DNA of 64,000 nucleotides from Lophium mytilinum (Eukaryota): NCBI GenBank assembly GCA_010093605.1, contig MU004182.1, positions 1,087,032 to 1,151,031 of the forward strand, read 5' to 3'. Shown piece by piece: positions 61,246 to 64,000 of this stretch (position 1 is its first letter; each line of letters starts with the position of its first letter). The notes under the pieces were generated by a model. It saw only the letters and a program-made list of their open reading frames with translations, ran no database searches and was not told where the DNA came from. The position numbers and the translations under genes were made by a program.

Positions 61246-63480
61246 TTACTTCTTGTCCCTTTCATGAAACAGCCTTTGACTATCAGAAATATCCGGCGTC
61301 GTCGGTGACGCATAGAACGTATCAACCGACTGCCACGATTCCTCCGAGCGAGCAAGATACCGCATTGGCAACTCCCCACCACCCGGAAGCCTCACAATCT
61401 CATAGTTCTCCCCTAGCCGCCTCTTCACCCGCTTCAGGAGGTACCCATAATTCGGCAGCTCCGCATACTCATCCAACGGCGGACTCCTCATATCCGCCTT
61501 CGTATACCCCGGAAGCGGCAACACATCCACACTCGCAAACTGCTCCCTCGGCCTACGACGAACGTGAAAATCCGGGCCAAGCCGCCGCTTCACACGCGCT
61601 TGGAGATACTCCAGCACCGTCTTCAGCTCCGCCTCGTCCTCGCTGTTGTCGCTCTCGTATGGCTGGTTGAACACCTCCCGGCGCTGGCGCGTCTCCTCCC
61701 TCTGCTTCCCGCGCCTCTCCTCTCGCCGAACGCACGAGAAGCACGCGCATTTCGGCTTCGGTAGCCGCCGCTTCTGCCAGCCGCGGATCTCGCGATCGTT
61801 GAACTCAGACGCCTCCTCCGTGTTCTTCCACCACCAGACAAACTCAGCATACTTGACGCGCGCGTGCCATGCTAGTCGGATGCCGCGGTACCACACGTGC
61901 AGGAACGGGATGCTAGCTTCCTTCTTAAATTTTTCGATGCGGTAGCGGACGGTTTCGCGGGCCTGCACATTCGAGCCGAACTCCTGCCGCTCGATGTGGG
62001 AGTAGCGGACCACGCTCCAGAGCGACTCGAGCGCGATGCGGGTGGAGATGAGCAAGGGGCGGAAGTAGCGGTCCATGACGGCGGCGAACAGGACGAGGGC
62101 GACGCTGACCCAGGGCGCCCAGGCGCCGACGGCGTCGTGGTGCTCGCTTACGGGGTACATGCCGAGGAGGATCTCGTTGGAGACGACGGTGGTGACGAAG
62201 ATTGCGGGGGAGAGGATGGCGCCGGCGATGGAGCCTAGGTAGATGCCAGCGGCGATGTATTTGGCGATGTGGTGCCGGAGGCTGCGCAGGCCGGTGGGTG
62301 GTGATGGTTTGGGTGATGTGAGGTGGAACTTGTCGAGGAGCTTTTCTTGTCGGCTGCCTTCGAAGAGGACTTGGATCCATTGGCGACGGCCGGAGCTGAG
62401 TACCTTGAAGAAGGCGTTGCGGACGGCGGCGGGACTGGAAAAGCTCGAAATTATACCGAAGATGCCGTAGAGAACTATGAAGATTAAGACTATCCAACTG
62501 AAAGTCCAGAGCGACCAGACGCGGTCACTGCTACCGATTTGCCAGCTGATTTTACGCCCAATCCGTGCGACCATGTTGGAGCCAGACCTCATGGGAGATG
62601 TTGGGGATAAGGTCGTGCAAAAATCGACACAATTACATTTCTTGAAAAGGGCATAGGTAAAGTCGTTTTCAAAACCCCAATCCGGACCAAAATTGCACTC
62701 AGAATTCGAAGTCCTTGGACAGGCTGCGAATGACTGAAGTTCATCGAGATCGAACCTTTCGCCCCAGCCGTACATATAGATCCAGGCTGGTACGAGGCCT
62801 ACAAAGATCAAGATGCCCCACCAGATGATGATAGCTTGTGCTCTGTGTCTACGTATTGTTGTTGACCAGTTGCTGTAGGTTTATTAGCTCGGCTCGTTGG
62901 ACTCCCTGAGTGTCGTTGCATACAGAATAGGTGCTAGCATGATACCAGCTGCTGCCAGGATTGGGAAGATTCCAAGCAAATCTACATCGCCGTATTCCTT
63001 AGCCGAGTCAGCATCGCCTGGGCCAACGTTGAAGCGGTATTGAGCCAGCAATGCGAAAACGTGGATCACGGCGGTCGCCGAATAGGTCATTGTTGTGGCC
63101 AGAGCGGCCGTCGAGAGGAGAGTGTGTCGACGAAAAACAAGAGACAGAATTAGGAGCAGGTAGAAGAGAGCCCGAGGTAAAACATCGTACTGGCTAGATA
63201 TCGGATAGACACAAACTACGGGTATGCGGAAGGTCTCGTTGGAAAGCACGAAATCAGCCAGCTGGAACGCGGCCGTTACCCATTGATCAGCCGCACCAAA
63301 AGTGAGAGAAGCCACGTCATTCGGAAGGATTGTTAGATTGACGTTGTGGTGGTCCCCGGTTTTGGGATATGTGTATATGTTGACGTCCGCGTCGAAGCTC
63401 TGCTTGTATAAGGACCCATTCACCCAGCCAGTCGAACCAAGATATGTCCTGTTTGCAGCGACAAACGTCGAGTTTGGCAT
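61246..63480 (-). CDS. Conserved fungal multi-pass membrane protein of unknown function; start uncertain
   Basis: Two exons (track 62884-63480 and 61246-62811) joined by an intron at about 62920-62875. VCVYPISSQYDVLPRALFY, ATTMTYSATAVIH, DVDLLGIFPIL, SEHHDAVGAWAPWV and many hydrophobic segments. Confidence 0.7.
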
Positions 63481-64000
63481 GACCCTCGGCTGACCGGCGG
63501 CCGAATACTGCGGCTATATGTCGTATTTGATGGTGGAAGGGCGAGGGGGCCTGGATTTGGACATTTCGGGCGACGGAAGGAGAGATAGGAAGGAAGCGAA
63601 AGGCATCACGAAATGAAAAGCACGAACCATGACAGCCCTCAGCCCTTTGTAAGAGAGTGGTGACTCCTAACGTAACGGGTGCGCTAGCGTGCCAGAAACT
63701 CGGTGAAAACCTCGTAAAGCGTCGCGTCGTATTCTAAGCTCCTTCCCAGAACATATCTGGCGCAACGGCACATGGTTCGTGCTAACTCCTGAGAAACTTA
63801 AACCTCACCCGCACGATGTGAGAGGCTGCAAATGCTACAAGGAAGGGGCTACATTAGTGTGTTTTCTGGTGTGGTTAGTACTGACAATTGGGTGTCGTCT
63901 GTTGTCATGGCGGACCAAAGTTTGAGTGTAAGAAGATTAGGTACCAGCAAAAGGAATATGGTGGCACACCATGTGATCGAGGGTCCAATCCATACTTTTC

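Overview
Gene-dense eukaryotic DNA from a filamentous ascomycete (inferred from short GT-AG introns with CTRAC branch points, a Zn2Cys6 factor, a bZIP-DUF3425 factor and Pezizomycotina-style orthologues; the class cannot be fixed from sequence alone). About 26 protein-coding loci were reconstructed by hand-splicing. Most are ordinary housekeeping genes: NCA2 (partial), the SLH1/ASCC3 helicase, a PAQR/IZH receptor, a DUG3-like amidotransferase, G3BP/Bre5-like NTF2-RRM, a septin-like GTPase, an AMSH deubiquitinase, a hotdog thioesterase, SSADH, a GH20 hexosaminidase and an S41 peptidase. The standout is an accessory block at about 40.0-47.3 kb. It holds a two-exon gene for a roughly 1493-aa protein whose C-terminal half follows the bacterial Tc (ABC) toxin A-subunit layout: helical channel, hydrophobic hairpin, TcB-binding domain. 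No TcB or TcC partner is visible in the window. Convergent with it is a 258-aa orphan carrying an RxxxxH (HEPN-like) motif, and the pair is flanked on both sides by broken gene remnants. Other observations: a small unknown domain present three times at 13.3-14.9 kb (one copy absent from the ORF track), a tandem pair of variant RING genes, and several internal or intergenic duplications. No rRNA, tRNA, CRISPR array or intact transposon was recognised. All family calls come from motif recognition, not database searches.
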